A stretch of 64,000 nucleotides of DNA, taken from assembly GCA_963693365.1 (NCBI GenBank), contig CAVNZM010000010.1, forward strand, positions 992,001 to 1,056,000, given 5' to 3'. A program made the translations under genes and the position numbers. Origin of the DNA: Amoebidium appalachense. Lineage: Eukaryota > Protista > Ichthyosporea. Shown piece after piece: positions 39,487-64,000 of this stretch. The notes under the pieces were generated by a model, which made no database searches, was not told where the DNA came from, and saw only the letters and a list, made by a program, of their open reading frames with translations. Every line of letters begins with the position of its first letter. Position 1 is the first letter of the stretch.

Positions 39487-40860
39487 GACGTGCACGTAGT
39501 CTTCTAACAATTGTTCAGTGACCCTTTACTAGGCTTAGCCTGTGTATGAAAATCAACACTTGTAAATTTTCTTCCTTTCTTTGTTTACGGTTGATAAATG
39601 ACGTGCCCGTTTTTTCTCCCTCGGTATTCAATGCGGAAATAATAATCGAAAATTAGCCTGTAAAATTTGTATATTTTTTCTCCCCTGACGATTGATGGCT
39701 CTTGCCGCATGATATAACGAAAGAGCACCCGATTTCTCCCCTCTTGTTGTCGTTTCCCCCTTTATTCTCTTTGTAAAGTTTTTATAATCGATGACTCATC
39801 GTGAGTCGCTGTGTATCATCAGTCAATGTGAATATCAACGAGATATATATCCGCTCGTTTCTTTGTATTTTTTTTCCATGAACATGGCAACTTAAACAAA
39901 ATGGCCAATGATAGCTACCTGTTAATATTTAAGAATCAGACACCCTTTTCTCCCTTTTTGCGGTAAGAGGTGGTACAAAGAAACAATTAAAATGCAAAAT
40001 TCGCTTCAAAATGGACACTACTTCACATGTCCGACTCCTGAGCATAAGGTGAGATGAGAGGGGATAGTGTGTTTGGTGTGTGCGTGAGACTGTGTGTGTA
40101 CACACAGGTGTTTGTGTGCGCGCGTGCGTGTGTGTTTGTGCGTGTCTGTATGCCGCGGTGTGTGCACGCCGCTTCAATGCAGCACATTGTCCGCATAGTT
40201 GTGCGCACACGCAACCATACCCCAACACACCGCGACACACACATGCATACACAAGCACACAGCACGTGCATGCATGCACGCGCGCGCATATGCACACGCA
40301 GACACACGTGTACAGGCAACCACACACAGCCTTTCTACCCTACCGACACAGTTTCAGGTTGGAGTAAATGATTTTACCGTCGAATATTTTTTGGGTTGGG
40401 TTTTTTTCTTTCCTTTTTTTCTCTTTTCTTTTTTCTTTTCTCCTTTCTTCTTTTTTCATTGTTTTTGTTTTTCCTCCCCTCTCCCCTCTACCTAGATTAG
40501 TGCCCCCCCCCCCCCCCCCCCCCCCTTCCCAGTCATTTTTATCCCCCCCCCCCCCCCCCCCCCCCCCCCCGTTTTGATCTCTTTGTCCAGCTAATGATCG
40601 GATAATTCTATAGCGCTATTCTATATATTAAGTTGGTGACTTCATATTGTACCGGCCAGATTTATCCCCCATGCCAGATGTCAGCCCCCCCCCCCCCCCC
40701 CCCCCTCCCCCCCCCCCCTCCCCCTCCCCCCCCCCCCCCCCCCCCCCTCCCCCCTCCCCTCTTTCTCCCCCCTTCCCCCCCTTCATCCACGGTGCTTGCT
40801 GACTGCCACGTTTTCTGGCCTGCCATACATCGCAATAGTCTAAGAGAGCACAACATGCAA

Positions 40861-41013
40861 CCGTGCACTTGCACGGGTACATATATATGTATACGTATGA
40901 TATGTATGTATGTATGTATGTGTGTGTGTGTGTGTTATATATATATATATATATATATATACCGTGCACTTGCACGGGTACATATATATGTATACGTATG
41001 ATATGCATGTATG

Positions 41014-41056
<43 letters not shown>
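40861..41056. repeat. Two-copy ~101-bp tandem repeat headed by the hairpin CCGTGCA-CT-TGCACGG and ending in (TA)n
   Basis: ccgtgcacttgcacgggtacatatatatgtatacgtatgatatg at 40861 and 40962. Confidence 0.85.
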
Positions 41057-41060
<4 letters not shown>

Positions 41061-41206
41061 GTATGCTCCACCTTTCACGTGCGTGTGTGTACCGTACGTA
41101 CCGTACACATTTCTAACAGCACCTACTTCAATGACGTGTGGTTATCAGTAGCAGTGTGTGTACGCGAGCGCATGTACATGTGTGCCAGATTGGTGTCTCT
41201 CTCTCT

Positions 41207-41239
<33 letters not shown>

Positions 41240-41560
41240 CCCCTTGATTTTCTTAAGGGGAAAAAAAAACAAAGAAGGAAAGTAACCGATACACAAACTG
41301 AGCCCCGGTGTCCACCCAATAGCACATATGGCGGCAGTGTAAGCTAAGAAGTACATGTGCCACCGTGTGGTAAGCTTGTATACGATGGTACGTATCATAT
41401 AATATACACCCGCAGGGGTTCTTGAGCAACAACTTGAAGTTGCCTAACCACCCACCAAGTCACAGTGCAGACCAATGGGTTGCTATGCCACCGGGCTTAT
41501 ATTCGGCAGCACGCTCGCACTGCCATCACACACACGCACACACACACACGCACACACACG

Positions 41561-41621
<61 letters not shown>

Positions 41622-41629
41622 TGAACGCG

Positions 41630-41711
<82 letters not shown>

Positions 41712-41790
41712 CCACCGTTCTCACGCGTGTTAATTACTGCTGCTAGCTCCCAGTCAGACTCGGCAACTTAAATCTCCCCCCCCCCCCCCC

Positions 41791-41835
<45 letters not shown>

Positions 41836-41922
41836 TCCCTCCCTCCCTCCAATTCCGCTTCCTGCCTTCTGAAAGGCATCCGAACCCTTTCTTCGTAGTT
41901 CTCTTTCTCCCCCCCTTCCCCT

Positions 41923-41959
<37 letters not shown>

Positions 41960-42070
41960 AGCCCGCCCACCCTTCGTGGCCGCCCAACCCCCCCGCTTTT
42001 TATTTGTTTTATTTCATCAACGATTTTCAGTTACCTGCCCCATCCCATCACCCCAAATAGCCTAGGCTTG

Positions 42071-42253
42071 GAGCGGTCACCCAGGGTAAGTTGCATGTAT
42101 CAATATGCATTTACATCATACATATATTCACATATGTTTACATGTACTCACACATATTCATAGATATTTACATATATTTATATGTATTTATGTATATTTA
42201 TATATATTCATATACAATATGCATATATATTTACTGGCTGCGGGTGACCGCTC
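42071..42253. mobile_element. MITE-like/foldback element: 12-bp perfect inverted repeats flanking an AT-rich interior
   Basis: GAGCGGTCACCC (42071-42082) and GGGTGACCGCTC (42242-42253) enclose a degenerate (TA)-rich core. No clear TSD. Confidence 0.4.
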
Positions 42254-43082
42254 TTGGAAACCGGCTGAGATGGAGGCCGGGTCCCTTTTGCGCGCATGAG
42301 TCTCATTGTCTATCTAGATCATTTATATATTCCTCGAAACATACCGTGTAGACATACTGGATATATTTAAATTTTCCCACACCTCTTGAACCAACCACCC
42401 CTTCTCTCATTTTTGCTGCTGGGCCGGCGAACCACTTGATGACGTCATTCTGGGAACATGTACGTAGGCTGGGCTGCAATTGGTTGTGTTCGTGTGATGT
42501 TGACATCATATACCTCGGCAAGTTGTCACAGTTTTATTACGTCTCCTGATTGGTGAGCGACATCTGAGAAACGGTGGTTGGTTTAATCTACATTTTATTG
42601 CGTGAAAACAATATCTAGTCACTAGATATATACAAAATATCTCACAACAACAGTGCATCAAGCACGTCTCACACCTGAACATCTATCCTGCATACTTTAC
42701 AAGTTACGCACACACCTCTCACATAGCAATACATACATATCCAGCAATCATTTTGCAAAATGTTTTTATGCTGCCGAGCATTGCAAACCATGGTGTTTCC
42801 CACGTTTCTCAAAACATTAGACCACATCCTGCCTATAATCGAAGGGACACAGGTCAAATATTACATAACAAGATTGAGAACGCACTAAATCATACCTGAC
42901 CTACAAACCTTATTAAAAAAAAAAAAAAGAGCGGTGTATCACTAATGGAACCGCAATCACCATATTAGAACAAAGCGGGGCATCATGTTCTCTAATTTCT
43001 GACACAACAACATCAGCAGCCTTGTAGAGTGACGGGTTTGCATGTGTTCTTTAAGAGTGTCGGAGACGGGCACCCAAGAGCT

Positions 43083-63247
<20,165 letters not shown>

Positions 63248-63363
63248 CTGCAGTGGCCAATAAGCAATAAGCTTTAATTTAAAATGGATCAAACCTCCTC
63301 TCTGCCCTCCGCTTGAAGCTATGGTAAGATTGGGGGAGGGGAGGGTTTCGTTTTAGGAAAAAA

Positions 63364-63490
63364 TATCCCAACGCTAGATTTTTGTGTCGAAATTTAATTC
63401 CCTACGCTAGGTTTCTGTGTCGAAAATACATTCCTTACGCTAGGTTTTTGTGTCGAAAATACATTCCCAAAGACAGGTCTTCGTATCGTA
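63364..63490. repeat. 33-bp tandem repeat, 3-4 copies, intronic
   Basis: attcc[ct]tacgctaggttt[ct]tgtgtcgaaaatac repeated head-to-tail with no spacers. Confidence 0.85.
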
Positions 63491-64000
63491 GGTCTTTGAT
63501 CAATTACCCCTGAGAGTGTAACGTCTGGGAATCTCGCGGCGGGTGTCCGTTTTCCTATTAAGAGGGAGGTCCTTATTTAGAACCCGGGTTTCCTGATTAC
63601 ACGTGAAAGAGTCACGTCTAAGCCTTGAAATCACGTCCATTTTGTAACCTCAAAAATGCAGCATGTAAAAGTAACCAATCAGTGATAGTTTATTTATTTC
63701 ACCCAATTAGAAAACCACAAAAACCACCGCGCAACAACAAAGTCATTCCTGGGTGCATTCACATAGAAGCAAACTCGTGAGTCCTACTGCCATATTTGGT
63801 AAATTGGGATGAAGTCATCTCTGGATCCCCCCCTTCCCCCCGCCCCCCCACTCCCCCCTCAATCCACCTTCACCCAACCCACACACACACACAACTTTAC
63901 GTCCCCCCCCAAAAAAAAAGGCGATCCCACCACATAGCTCCAGGCTCACCATACAATCATCGTTACCCGATAACAACCCCCCCCCCCCCCCCGTGGCTCC

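Noticed and set aside
41120-41159. TYFNDVW kelch-like peptide between AG and GT
   Set aside because: Single short match; no other kelch exons could be assembled in 38.7-43 kb.
63364-63490. 33-bp repeats of CRISPR-like length
   Set aside because: Head-to-tail with no spacers.

Overview
Eukaryotic, intron-rich genomic DNA saturated with microsatellites ((CA)n/(GT)n, (CT)n/(GA)n, poly-C/poly-G). Almost all ORF-track entries are translated simple repeats. Reading splice sites by hand gives five real elements: (1) the first coding exon of a probable CAMK-type kinase on the minus strand (424-518); (2) two tandem, same-strand, highly diverged bHLH-PAS-PAS transcription factor paralogs (~4.7-17.2 kb and ~27.0-38.7 kb) with matching intron positions and phases, a shared atypical basic region (QRDxxRS) and one 119-nt PAS-A exon that is 116/119 identical between them; (3) an intronic tRNA-Lys(TTT); (4) a 5'-truncated non-LTR retrotransposon with an open RT ORF, a (CA)n 3'UTR and a poly(A) tail, lying between the paralogs; (5) the 3' 21 exons of a tomosyn/STXBP5 gene on the minus strand, ending in an R-SNARE helix and KKWYEF*. 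Also present are a transcription-oriented interspersed intronic repeat, decayed acceptor-plus-exon duplications, GC-AG introns and a 2 x ~1.23 kb CT-rich duplication. bHLH-PAS plus an animal-like tomosyn C-terminus, with very divergent sequences, suggests a holozoan, possibly unicellular (inference only). All exon models are manual and lack RNA support.
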